DNA of 64,000 nucleotides from Patescibacteria group bacterium (GTDB lineage: Bacteria; Patescibacteriota; Minisyncoccia; Phycocordibacterales; PALSA-1337): assembly GCA_040387635.1 (NCBI GenBank), contig JAZKDJ010000001.1, positions 179,851 to 243,850 on the forward strand, in the 5' to 3' direction. Positions 45,499 through 53,749 of the stretch are shown one piece after another. The position numbers and the translations under genes are program-made. Under the pieces are notes generated by a model. It was not told the origin of the DNA, made no database searches, and worked only from the letters and a program-made list of their open reading frames with translations. Every line of letters starts with the position of its first letter. Position 1 is the stretch's first letter.

Positions 45499-46422
45499 AT
45501 GACTAAAAATAATACTTCTTTTACTAGACTTGCAGTACTTATGGCACTTGGAGCAGTTATCGCAATCAGTCCGTCTGTAGGTTTCGCAAAGGAAAACGAC
45601 AAGAATAATGGCAACAAGGGCAAGAACAAGCAGAGCTGTGCTCGAGCCTACGGCCACCTTATCGCCCCAGGATGGATCAAGATGAACGGAGGTGTTTCAG
45701 CTGATGCAGCCGACCGATGCCACATTCCTAAGGGAATCGCCAAGAAACTCGTTAACTGGCACAATGATAACGACAACAATGGAAACGGCAACGATGACGA
45801 CGATTCAGATGACACAACCGCACCTATAATTAGCTCTATCGAAACATCAACTACTCGGAACAGCGCAGTGATCCGATGGGAGACAAACGAAGACACTACA
45901 ACTAAGGTGTACGTAAGCACAACATCACCTGTATCAAAGACAGCTACAGGCACACAGGTAATCACACGACGAGGAATGACTGAAACTCATGCAGTTACAG
46001 TACCAAACCTTAGTGCAACTACTACGTATTACGTTCTTATCGAAGCAAAGGATGATAACGGAAATGTAAGCACATCTAACCAGTTCTCATTCGTAACTAA
46101 AGGCAGCTCAACAAGCACAGACATCCGAGCTCCTTTCATAACCAATCTTTTCTCAACAGTAGCTTCTACTTCAGCGAGAATCTTCTGGGACACGAATGAA
46201 TCAGCAACGACCCGAGTCTATTACTCAACAACTAGCCCAGTAGTAACAAGTTCAACAAGCACAGCGTACGTTGAGAACACTTCCCTTGTAACTGACCACG
46301 AGATCATGGTCTCAGGCCTCAGCACATCAACAAGGTACTACATGGTAGCTGAATCACGAGATAGCTCAGGAAACGTTCGAACATCAAGCCAGTTCAGAAT
46401 CACTACTGATCTAGGTTTGTAA
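45499..46422 (+). CDS. Secreted protein with two fibronectin-type-III-like repeats
   Basis: It has a signal peptide. There are two repeats of the pattern AP-I-(S/T)…S(A)-I-(R/F)W(E/D)TNE…T-(K/R)VY(V/Y)STTSP…NGNV.TS.QF. Confidence 0.7.
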   Translation: MTKNNTSFTRLAVLMALGAVIAISPSVGFAKENDKNNGNKGKNKQSCARAYGHLIAPGWIKMNGGVSADAADRCHIPKGIAKKLVNWHNDNDNNGNGNDDDDSDDTTAPIISSIETSTTRNSAVIRWETNEDTTTKVYVSTTSPVSKTATGTQVITRRGMTETHAVTVPNLSATTTYYVLIEAKDDNGNVSTSNQFSFVTKGSSTSTDIRAPFITNLFSTVASTSARIFWDTNESATTRVYYSTTSPVVTSSTSTAYVENTSLVTDHEIMVSGLSTSTRYYMVAESRDSSGNVRTSSQFRITTDLGL

Positions 46423-46491
46423 TCTAGAGTCAGTAAAAAAAAACGCAACCAAACTGCTAAATTAGAGTCGACATATTCCAATTGGCGCAAC

Positions 46492-46520
46492 AAAAAGCAC
46501 CCGCAAGGGTGCTTTTTGTT
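46492..46520 (+). terminator. Intrinsic terminator
   Basis: GCACCC-GCAA-GGGTGC is followed by TTTTTGTTTT. Confidence 0.75.
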
Positions 46521-46525
46521 TTGCA

Positions 46526-46553
46526 TTGACATAACATCAGCCAATGGTAGTGT
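46526..46553 (+). promoter_or_regulatory. Candidate promoter of the purO-like gene (TTGACA-N16-TAGTGT with TGg extended -10)
   Basis: TTGACA lies at 46526-46531, TG at 46545-46546 and TAGTGT at 46548-46553. Confidence 0.55.
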
Positions 46554-46577
46554 TTGGGCAGAACCTACATCGACATA

Positions 46578-47360
46578 ATGGATACGTCAATCAATGCAGA
46601 AGCCAGCAACAACTTCAATTTGTTTGCGAGCAACCCCTACCCCGGCCGCTTCATCCTCATTGGAAGGGATAGTGTCAGTGGAAACTTGGTTCAGGTGTAC
46701 GGCCTAACTGGCCGTAGCGAGAACAGCCGCAACCGCGTCTTCTCTTCCGATGACGACGGGCGCCTCTTCACCGAAGCCGCGGATCCGGCCAAGGTCAAAG
46801 ACCCTAGCCTCATCATCTACAACGCGATGCTCGAGACTGTCTGTGACGGCAAGAAACGCTGCATCGTCAGCAACGGCGATCAAACTGATTCTGTTATCGC
46901 TTATTTCAATCGAGGTGAAAACAATGACGGAGATACGCTTGTAGCGGCGCTTCAAGGCAGACAGTACGAACCCGACCAACCCAACTTCACACCTCGCATT
47001 ACGGGAATGTGTTTTCCTGCCTTCACCAAGCACATCACACTCTCAGTACTCCGGAAATCCGTTTTCAACGATAGTTGTGATCGCTGCTTCTATCATTACG
47101 TAAACATTCCAGCCGGCTACGGAATGCTCATCTCGACCTACAGCGGCGACGGCAATCCGCTTCCCTCGTTCAGGGGCGAGCCGATGCTGATGCCGCTCAA
47201 GGGCGATCCGACCGACATCCTCGAGACCTACTGGGGCGCGCTGAATGAAGCGAACCGCGTCGCACTGGCAGTCAAGATCATCGACGCCAAAACCGGCGTC
47301 TCTGAAATCCGCATCAAGAACAAGCTTGAAAAAGTCTCGGCACCTACTGCCACGGCCTGA
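46578..47360 (+). CDS. purO: IMP cyclohydrolase-like protein (archaeal PurO family)
   Basis: Motifs YPGRFILIGR…VYGLTGRSENSRNR, SNGDQTD and YEPDQPNFTPRITG match my recollection of the PurO/IMP_cyclohyd family. The start at ATG 46578 is preferred given the promoter position. Confidence 0.65.
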   Translation: MDTSINAEASNNFNLFASNPYPGRFILIGRDSVSGNLVQVYGLTGRSENSRNRVFSSDDDGRLFTEAADPAKVKDPSLIIYNAMLETVCDGKKRCIVSNGDQTDSVIAYFNRGENNDGDTLVAALQGRQYEPDQPNFTPRITGMCFPAFTKHITLSVLRKSVFNDSCDRCFYHYVNIPAGYGMLISTYSGDGNPLPSFRGEPMLMPLKGDPTDILETYWGALNEANRVALAVKIIDAKTGVSEIRIKNKLEKVSAPTATA

Positions 47361-47394
47361 TCCAAGCTCAACAACGCTCTTTCCTTTTAACAAG

Positions 47395-47428
47395 AATCAC
47401 CGCACTCGTGGCGGTGATTTTCTTTTGC
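47395..47428 (+). terminator. Intrinsic terminator
   Basis: AATCACCGC…GCGGTGATT is followed by TTCTTTT. Confidence 0.75.
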
Positions 47429-47448
47429 TTAATTAACTCTTTTTTCAA

Positions 47449-47479
47449 CATAGTACCTTGCACTACAAGGTACTATGTA
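47449..47479. promoter_or_regulatory. 13-bp perfect palindrome, candidate PadR operator
   Basis: ACATAGTACCTTG-cacta-CAAGGTACTATGT ends 14 nt before the padR ATG. Its outer ACAT…ATGT halves resemble known PadR-family operators. Confidence 0.55.
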
Positions 47480-47492
47480 TTAATATAGGGGT

Positions 47493-47831
47493 ATGGCACC
47501 AAAAGAATCAACATCAGAAAATACAAAAGCGCAAATGCGGAAAGGCATCCTGGAGTTCTGCATCTTGCTCGTGATCGCGAGAGACCGGGTCTACGCGTCG
47601 GAAATTTTATCCGAACTTAAAAAAGCAGATCTCATAGTGGTCGAAGGAACGCTCTATCCCCTCTTAAGTCGCCTTCGCTCAGCAGGTCTCCTGCGTCACA
47701 GCTGGGAGGAATCAAAGTCAGGCCCACCGCGCAAGTACTACACTCTGACTGAAGCAGGTCGTGAATCACTCGAAGAACTCAAGGCAACATGGAAGGTCCT
47801 AGCATCATCCATCGCCACTCTAACCAAGTAA
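47493..47831 (+). CDS. PadR-family transcriptional regulator
   Basis: It has the wHTH pattern …YASEILSELKK…VVEGTLYPLLSRLRSAGLL…YYTLTEAG in 112 aa. Confidence 0.9.
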   Translation: MAPKESTSENTKAQMRKGILEFCILLVIARDRVYASEILSELKKADLIVVEGTLYPLLSRLRSAGLLRHSWEESKSGPPRKYYTLTEAGRESLEELKATWKVLASSIATLTK

Positions 47832-47848
47832 CCTATCCAATACATTTT

Positions 47849-49540
47849 ATGAAAAAAGCATTACAGATAACACTTTCAGGCAGTCTCTTCACCATCGAGG
47901 AGGACGCTTTCGAACGTCTCCGGAATTACCTCGATTCGATCAAGGCATATTTCTCAAAAATTCCTGACAGCCAGGATGTGGTTGAGGATATAGAAGCAAG
48001 AATATCGGAACAGCTCCTTGAGAATATTCAGAATCACAACAATATCGTTACAATAAACGATGTCGATAATGTCATGAAGTCTATGGGTAGCATTGAGGAG
48101 ATCAGCGGTTCAACTCCTGAAGACAAGAAAAAACAAACTCCAGAAGAATCCACTTCCCCTCGCAAACTCTATCGAAACGGAGACGATGCTGTTATCGCAG
48201 GAGTAGCTTCCGGCATGGCTGCGTACTTCAATCTCGATCCATTGATCATGCGCATAATATTTATCATTCTCGCTCTCTTCACGAGTGGTGGCTTCGTCAT
48301 AGTCTATATCATTCTCGCACTCATCATTCCAAAAGCAGTGACAGCCGCAGACAAGGTCAAAATGCGCGGTGGCCCAGTAACTCTCTCTTCATTCAAAAAT
48401 ACCCTTGAGGATCAAGTTGATACTATGAAGGCTAATGGAGCTGATCTAGTTTCTAAAGGTTCACCGATCAGAACATGGCTTGAGAAAACATTTCGATTTC
48501 TCGGCTCAATTGTTCGCTTGATTGGCAGGATTGCATTGAAAGTTCTCGGCGTATTACTTACCCTGATTCCTGTTTTCATCTGTATTGGTCTCATCTTCGC
48601 GGCGATAAATCTCATCTTCACTGTCCAGTCGCCGTATGTTGATTTTCCAATCACACAAGTAATTCCTATCGGACTCTATTATCTCTTCGTCATCATTGCC
48701 TTCCTCGCAATCTTCATTCCAGCCCTGTTTGCAGCATCCCTTGGCTTCTCCCTTCTCACGGGTAAACGAAAGATGAGTGGACCAACTGCTATGACGCTTG
48801 GAGGAATATGGATTGTGACGATACTACTCGCAGGAACACTTGCACTTCGATACGTTCCTGAAATCCAACAGAAAGTTCAAGCACTTCCTGAATACCGTGA
48901 GACTTCCCGAACATTTGACCAAAAAGATTTCAGCAAGCTTGATCTTCATGGAGTTAACAAAGTTACAGTCGTACAAAGCGATACGTACATGATTACTGCT
49001 GAAGGAAGACAAATAGATGTGGATTCTTCTGAGTTCAACGTCAAAGATGGAATACTCTCAGTAAGTCATCGACAAAACGAAAATGTTTGCTTCCTCTGTT
49101 TCGGAAACAGACCACTGGAGATTACAATCGCTATGCCAACTATAGAATCAATAACTGCTTCTGATGTAGTTTCCCTCTCAGGAAAAAATATCCAAAGTGA
49201 GGCACTTGCGATAACTATTGGCGATGCAGCATCTGCTGATCTTGGCCTTGGTATCAAAAATCTTCAGGTAGAGTTAAAAGATATTGGCCGCCTAACACTG
49301 CACGGAACTTCAACTGATCTAAAGTTATCTCAGAGCGATGCTTCAAGATTTGATGGTCATGACTATGTTGTAGAGAGTGCAAAAGTAACAACGAATGGCG
49401 TGTCCCGAACTCATATCAGAGCTTCAAGCAGCCTTGAAGTCACAGCTATCGATGCGAGCCGTGTTATATACGAAGGAGCAACGCCGGTTATCCATCAGAG
49501 AGACGCGGCAAGAGTAACGAATGAGAGTGATGCGGATTAA
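47849..49540 (+). CDS. PspC-domain membrane protein with C-terminal DUF2807/DUF4097-like beta-helical domain
   Basis: It has the PspC motif LYRNGDDAVIAGVASGMAAYFNLDPLIMRIIFII and several TM helices. The C-terminus has repetitive beta segments. The start at MKKALQ (47849) is preferred. Confidence 0.75.
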   Translation: MKKALQITLSGSLFTIEEDAFERLRNYLDSIKAYFSKIPDSQDVVEDIEARISEQLLENIQNHNNIVTINDVDNVMKSMGSIEEISGSTPEDKKKQTPEESTSPRKLYRNGDDAVIAGVASGMAAYFNLDPLIMRIIFIILALFTSGGFVIVYIILALIIPKAVTAADKVKMRGGPVTLSSFKNTLEDQVDTMKANGADLVSKGSPIRTWLEKTFRFLGSIVRLIGRIALKVLGVLLTLIPVFICIGLIFAAINLIFTVQSPYVDFPITQVIPIGLYYLFVIIAFLAIFIPALFAASLGFSLLTGKRKMSGPTAMTLGGIWIVTILLAGTLALRYVPEIQQKVQALPEYRETSRTFDQKDFSKLDLHGVNKVTVVQSDTYMITAEGRQIDVDSSEFNVKDGILSVSHRQNENVCFLCFGNRPLEITIAMPTIESITASDVVSLSGKNIQSEALAITIGDAASADLGLGIKNLQVELKDIGRLTLHGTSTDLKLSQSDASRFDGHDYVVESAKVTTNGVSRTHIRASSSLEVTAIDASRVIYEGATPVIHQRDAARVTNESDAD

Positions 49541-49560
49541 GTTGGTTTAAGATAAGTAAC

Positions 49561-49592
49561 AAAAAACGGCGCCCGATGGGCGCCGTTTTTTA
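49561..49592. terminator. Bidirectional terminator between convergent genes
   Basis: AAAAAACGGCGCCC-GAT-GGGCGCCGTTTTTT. Confidence 0.85.
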
Positions 49593-49606
49593 ATTCAAGC
49601 TTCAGA

Positions 49607-50392
49607 CTATCTGTTGCTTGTAACTGAGCTTACACACTCTCCCTGATTCTTGAAGCTTGGGTTAGTGAATGTCATCCAACCACCGTTCTTACATGCATCC
49701 TTGTCTGCAGGTGCTGTAACAGGTGCTTCAACTTCGAAATCATAGGTTACGCCATTGAATACAACGCCATCAGTATAGACATCATATCCAGGGTTGTTTG
49801 ATCCAATGTTCACACCGAATCCAATAACAACTGCTCCAGGACAATCAGTCTGAAGGTCTTCTAGGCTATAGAATGGTGCTCCTCCGCCTCCAGCTTCTAC
49901 TGAACAAGTTCCCTCAGTGAATGATCTGCTTGACCAGAATTGTCCTGCATCAACATCCCACTGCTGCCATGTTCCTGAAGCAACAGTTCCATTCTGATAT
50001 GGTTCATACACGAATGTCGTGAAGCCTCCTGTTGTCGTGCCGTTAAGGTCGACAAGAAGCTGGTATGAAGCCGCAGCGTGTGTTGGTCCGGAAATCTGCT
50101 TGGTGTAATAGCTTAGGTCTGTCACCTCAGCGAGCGTTGTGCTTGCTTCGTGAAGGTACTGAGCTTTCGCCGTTGTGGTATCGTCTGTCGTTAACTGGAG
50201 TGCTCCATCTGGAAACGGCGACGTAGCGTCAGCTACATAATTAACTGCTCCACCTGGGCGGGTATCAGCCGTTGACCATCCCTCCGTATCCGTAGGTGTA
50301 ACTATTACCGTTGACGCCGCACTTGCTGACGTTGCGAGGACTACTGCAGCGAGCAGTGCTGTGAAGCCTCCTAATGCTAGTTTTTTTATCAT
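49607..50392 (-). CDS. Secreted hypothetical protein
   Basis: It has a signal peptide (…LATSASAAS), is T/G-rich, and has a C-terminal Cys pair (KDACKNGGW…FKNQGECVS). I assigned no family. Confidence 0.55.
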   Translation of the reverse strand: MIKKLALGGFTALLAAVVLATSASAASTVIVTPTDTEGWSTADTRPGGAVNYVADATSPFPDGALQLTTDDTTTAKAQYLHEASTTLAEVTDLSYYTKQISGPTHAAASYQLLVDLNGTTTGGFTTFVYEPYQNGTVASGTWQQWDVDAGQFWSSRSFTEGTCSVEAGGGGAPFYSLEDLQTDCPGAVVIGFGVNIGSNNPGYDVYTDGVVFNGVTYDFEVEAPVTAPADKDACKNGGWMTFTNPSFKNQGECVSSVTSNR

Positions 50393-50427
50393 AGGTGTTT
50401 GTTGTTTGTTAGAGATAATAAATTAAG

Positions 50428-50466
50428 AATAAAGAGTACGCCTGCCAAAAAGAAGGCGTACTCTTT
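50428..50466 (-). terminator. Intrinsic terminator after the M14 peptidase gene
   Basis: AGAGTACGCC…GGCGTACTCT forms a 10-bp stem with a minus-strand T-rich tail. Confidence 0.65.
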
Positions 50467-50523
50467 AGGATACCTCGCTAAAAGGAAGATTGGGTGAAGA
50501 CGATGTGTATAACTTAATTAAAC

Positions 50524-51414
50524 CTAGATACTTCCCTTATATGACTCCAAAATTGCCTTAACACCCGCAAGATTTTTCTCCCATTCTAGCGTTGCATGTG
50601 TGGAAAGCTCTACAGTTATCGCAGGAATTCCAATTGAAGCAAGCCATCCTTCTGCATCTCCTGTCACTTCATAACTATCGAAGCTGCTCACTGCCTTGTA
50701 TCCAGATGCCACAGAATATTTATTCATTAGGTCCAATGTCTTGGGCAAGATTCCATTCTGACACTCTGACGCATAGACCGCATTAGCTTGGCTATGCCAG
50801 AAAACCACCGCGCTCGGACTTGTTGTTGCAACGAAATCTCTCACTGCTCGTGCTTCAGGTTCAGAAAAAGCAGAAGTTCCAGCACTCACCTTCTTGCTCC
50901 TCCACATACTCTCAGGTTTCCACTTACAGTCGAAGTTTCGATTGAGGTCTACATTGTTTGCATTGAATCGTCCAAGACCACTAGCAGTTCCATCATCTGC
51001 AGGAACATCCGTAAGCGCAAATCGCCCATTAACCCCAATCACTTTATACACTCCATCTGGATTAGCTGAAGGAATAATATTTACAGTAACGTTAGGCGGA
51101 ATCAATTCAGGATGTGCCGTAAAGTAATCGATAAACTGATACGCAAGGAGAACACTGTTCCACTCATAGCCTCCATGAATACCTCCAACAAACGCTAGAT
51201 TAATTGGTCCCTTACCAAATGCATATGACTCTATAGCCCGTCCCTCAACAGACGATCCTATTTTGCTGATCCGAGGATCAGGACTCACAACCACAGGCTT
51301 AGGCGCCTCTACTGGAGGTTTTTTTGCTGCATATTGTCCATAAACGACAGCAACCACTATTACTATAATGGCTGCAACGCTAACGGCTATTCGTTTGTTA
51401 AATGAGCCCTGCAT
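50524..51414 (-). CDS. M14-family zinc carboxypeptidase-like protein, membrane anchored (paralog A)
   Basis: It has GGIHGGYEWN, NANNVDLNRNFDC and an N-terminal TM. Confidence 0.72.
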   Translation of the reverse strand: MQGSFNKRIAVSVAAIIVIVVAVVYGQYAAKKPPVEAPKPVVVSPDPRISKIGSSVEGRAIESYAFGKGPINLAFVGGIHGGYEWNSVLLAYQFIDYFTAHPELIPPNVTVNIIPSANPDGVYKVIGVNGRFALTDVPADDGTASGLGRFNANNVDLNRNFDCKWKPESMWRSKKVSAGTSAFSEPEARAVRDFVATTSPSAVVFWHSQANAVYASECQNGILPKTLDLMNKYSVASGYKAVSSFDSYEVTGDAEGWLASIGIPAITVELSTHATLEWEKNLAGVKAILESYKGSI

Positions 51415-51426
51415 TATGTCGTACGT

Positions 51427-52335
51427 TTATTTTGCGAAGTAATTCAATACCGCCTTAACACCCGCGAGATTCTTGGTCCATTCTGTATCTGTGTGATTTG
51501 TAAGAAGAACGCTGATCGCTGGAATGTTGAGCTTTGCTAGCCAGTTCACCGCGTCACCTGTGATCTCATAGAAATTAAACTGCTCATGCGCTGGATACTT
51601 CGATGCTGTCGCAAATGCCTTTGTTAGATCCAATGTTGCTGGAGACACTCCATTGTGGCAGCTTGATGCATATACTCCTCCTGCAGCGCTGTACCACACC
51701 ACAGCACCTGCTGGCTTGTTGTTTTCTATATATGCCTTGAGTGCACTGCTCTCTGCTTCAGAAAATGGCTCTGATCCTCCGCTCACAGTTCGGTTCTGCC
51801 ATACGCCATCTTTCTTCCAATCACAATCAAAGTTTCGGTTGAGGTCTACGTTGTTTGCATTGAATCGTCCGCTAATAAGAGTGGTGCTATTTTTAGAAAC
51901 ATCAGCTGCAGTGAATCGTCCCACCTTGCCCGTAACCTTCTCTAATCCATCTGGGTTGAGAACTGGAATAACAGTAACGCTTACATTCTCAGGAATTGTT
52001 GTTGGGTTTGCCTGCAAGTGATCCATGAGTTCATACGCGACAAGTGCCGTGTTCCATTCATATCCTCCATGGATACCTCCAACGAAGAGAACGTTCTTCT
52101 CACCTGTTCCATAATGATATGCAACAATCTCTGTACCATTCTCTGATGTTCCAATGACTGTCTGTGTCTTGTCCTGAGTAGTTGTCGTCGCAGGTGTTGT
52201 TTGAGTCTGACCAGTTGGCGCAGGATTATTACCCGTTGCTGGAGTTACATTATCAAGGTTAGGTCCTCTGAAAATAAAATAACCTCCTACTGCAAGAATA
52301 ATGAGTACTACGATTGTGATTATGGTGGTTTTCAT
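51427..52335 (-). CDS. M14-family zinc carboxypeptidase-like protein, membrane anchored (paralog B)
   Basis: It has the same motifs as paralog A and about half of the residues are identical by eye. The start at MKTTIITIV (52335) is preferred. Confidence 0.72.
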   Translation of the reverse strand: MKTTIITIVVLIILAVGGYFIFRGPNLDNVTPATGNNPAPTGQTQTTPATTTTQDKTQTVIGTSENGTEIVAYHYGTGEKNVLFVGGIHGGYEWNTALVAYELMDHLQANPTTIPENVSVTVIPVLNPDGLEKVTGKVGRFTAADVSKNSTTLISGRFNANNVDLNRNFDCDWKKDGVWQNRTVSGGSEPFSEAESSALKAYIENNKPAGAVVWYSAAGGVYASSCHNGVSPATLDLTKAFATASKYPAHEQFNFYEITGDAVNWLAKLNIPAISVLLTNHTDTEWTKNLAGVKAVLNYFAK

Positions 52336-52427
52336 ATGTATATAGTATACCGTAAAAGCGAAACAAATTCGCATGGAGGCACGTCACGCCCTCATGGCAA
52401 GTTTTTAAAATCAGCTTTACGATTCCT

Positions 52428-52463
52428 AAGTGCTCTGGCTATAAGCTGGAGCACTTTGTTTTA
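52428..52463 (+). terminator. Orphan plus-strand terminator-like hairpin (no plus-strand CDS upstream)
   Basis: The 12-bp stem 52428-52439/52445-52456 includes two G-U pairs that exist only in the plus-strand transcript. TTGTTTT follows. Confidence 0.4.
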
Positions 52464-52531
52464 TCTATGAATGAATCTCTCCCAACCTTCAAGGCGTGAA
52501 TGCTATCACAGAAGACTCAGTGATTCTTGTG

Positions 52532-53083
52532 TTACTTAATTACCTTCTTCATCTTAGGTAAAAAATTCTTGAACAAAACTTTGTTTTTGGCATACCCCGT
52601 TGGGTTGGCCGGTGACGGATGAAAGATTGGAAATATTTTGTATGACCTTCCATTGAGTTCGATATCCACCATTTCACCCATAGTTAGATCTCTTTCGATA
52701 ATCTTTGAGAGAATGGCTGTGGTTTGAACTCCTAATATGATTAATAGTTTATAGTCTTCCCCACTAATTTGATCGAGAAAAATTGGCCAGCATTTCTTGC
52801 CGCATGATTCGAGCTCTGTTCGCTTAGAAACGAAGCATTTGGATAATTCAGTAAATCCACTATTCTCCACCGACAATCCCAACGGCTCTAGAAGCTCGTT
52901 CAATCTTTTACCTGTTGGCAATAGTTTACCATCAGGTCTGTAGCAAGCTTTACCAGAAAGTATCCAACCTTTTGGAGCTGGAGATTCTCCTACAATCAGA
53001 AGATTTCTCCCCTTACCACTTCCGATTTGATGAAATTTTTCTAAAGGAAAATCTTCAATGCTGCTACAAACATGATTACTCAT
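52532..53083 (-). CDS. Uracil-DNA glycosylase superfamily protein
   Basis: It has LLIVGESPAPKGW (motif A-like) and FHPSPANP (motif B-like). The start at 53083 is preferred. Confidence 0.68.
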   Translation of the reverse strand: MSNHVCSSIEDFPLEKFHQIGSGKGRNLLIVGESPAPKGWILSGKACYRPDGKLLPTGKRLNELLEPLGLSVENSGFTELSKCFVSKRTELESCGKKCWPIFLDQISGEDYKLLIILGVQTTAILSKIIERDLTMGEMVDIELNGRSYKIFPIFHPSPANPTGYAKNKVLFKNFLPKMKKVIK

Positions 53084-53090
53084 TATTTCC

Positions 53091-53582
53091 TTATTTAACT
53101 TTTCCTTCTCCTTTTGCGAGCATAGAGCAGACTTTCTCAATTCGGCTTTTGCTTGTCTCCGGCGGTTTTACTGATTCTATCCAACTAACTAGATCCCTAC
53201 GCGTGGTCGGTGCAAGAACTCTCCACTGAGCCTTCGCCTTCGAGTTTGTTCCGAGGGCTCTGTAGAATTCCATAGGCACCATCGAATAGCAGCATGGGCG
53301 TCGCTTTCCCTTCATAAGCATGTCGCAAGCTCTCTCGATTCGACGCTTACGTGTTTCGGACTGCTTCGCTCCAACTATCCATCTAATAAAGTCATGTCGT
53401 GCGATTGGTGTGAGGTCTCGCCATGCAGCCTCTGCTGAAGAAGCTCCAGAAAGGACTTTGCGAAAGTCTGCAGGAACCGTTGGCTCTGCGGCTTTTGGGG
53501 TATTTCCAGTAAATGTAGAGTTGATTTTGTTCATAGTTTTACCGTTTAGATACGAATGCCTAGAATGGCTTTTCATAATCAT
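53091..53582 (-). CDS. YdeI/OmpD-associated family protein with two tandem domain copies
   Basis: There are two repeats of the pattern W(R)(D/V)L(T/A)P…R(H/R)D(F/L)(I/V)(R/S)WI…(K/V)(Q/K)(S/P)ETR/SK(K/S)RRIE(R/K)(A/V)C(D/S)ML.KG. The start is uncertain. Confidence 0.65.
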   Translation of the reverse strand: MIMKSHSRHSYLNGKTMNKINSTFTGNTPKAAEPTVPADFRKVLSGASSAEAAWRDLTPIARHDFIRWIVGAKQSETRKRRIERACDMLMKGKRRPCCYSMVPMEFYRALGTNSKAKAQWRVLAPTTRRDLVSWIESVKPPETSKSRIEKVCSMLAKGEGKVK

Positions 53583-53673
53583 TATTGATTAAATAGCCAA
53601 AACAATCAATCCTACTTGAAAAACAAGTGATTTTAGGGTATTTTATGATGACCGATTTGAAAATTGAATATAT

Positions 53674-53744
53674 TGCGGGATCGTCTAAAGGTAGGACGTC
53701 GCTCTCTGAAAGCGAAAATTTTGGTTCGATTCCAAGTCCCGCAG
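53674..53744 (+). tRNA. tRNA-Gln (anticodon CUG)
   Basis: I folded the cloverleaf by hand. The acceptor is TGCGGGA/TCCCGCA (U1-A72, G73 as in bacterial tRNA-Gln) and the D arm is GTCT/GGAC with a GG loop. The anticodon arm is TCGCT-CTCTGAA-AGCGA and the T arm is TTTGG-TTCGATT-CCAAG. The CCA end is not encoded. Confidence 0.9.
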
Positions 53745-53749
53745 CAAAC

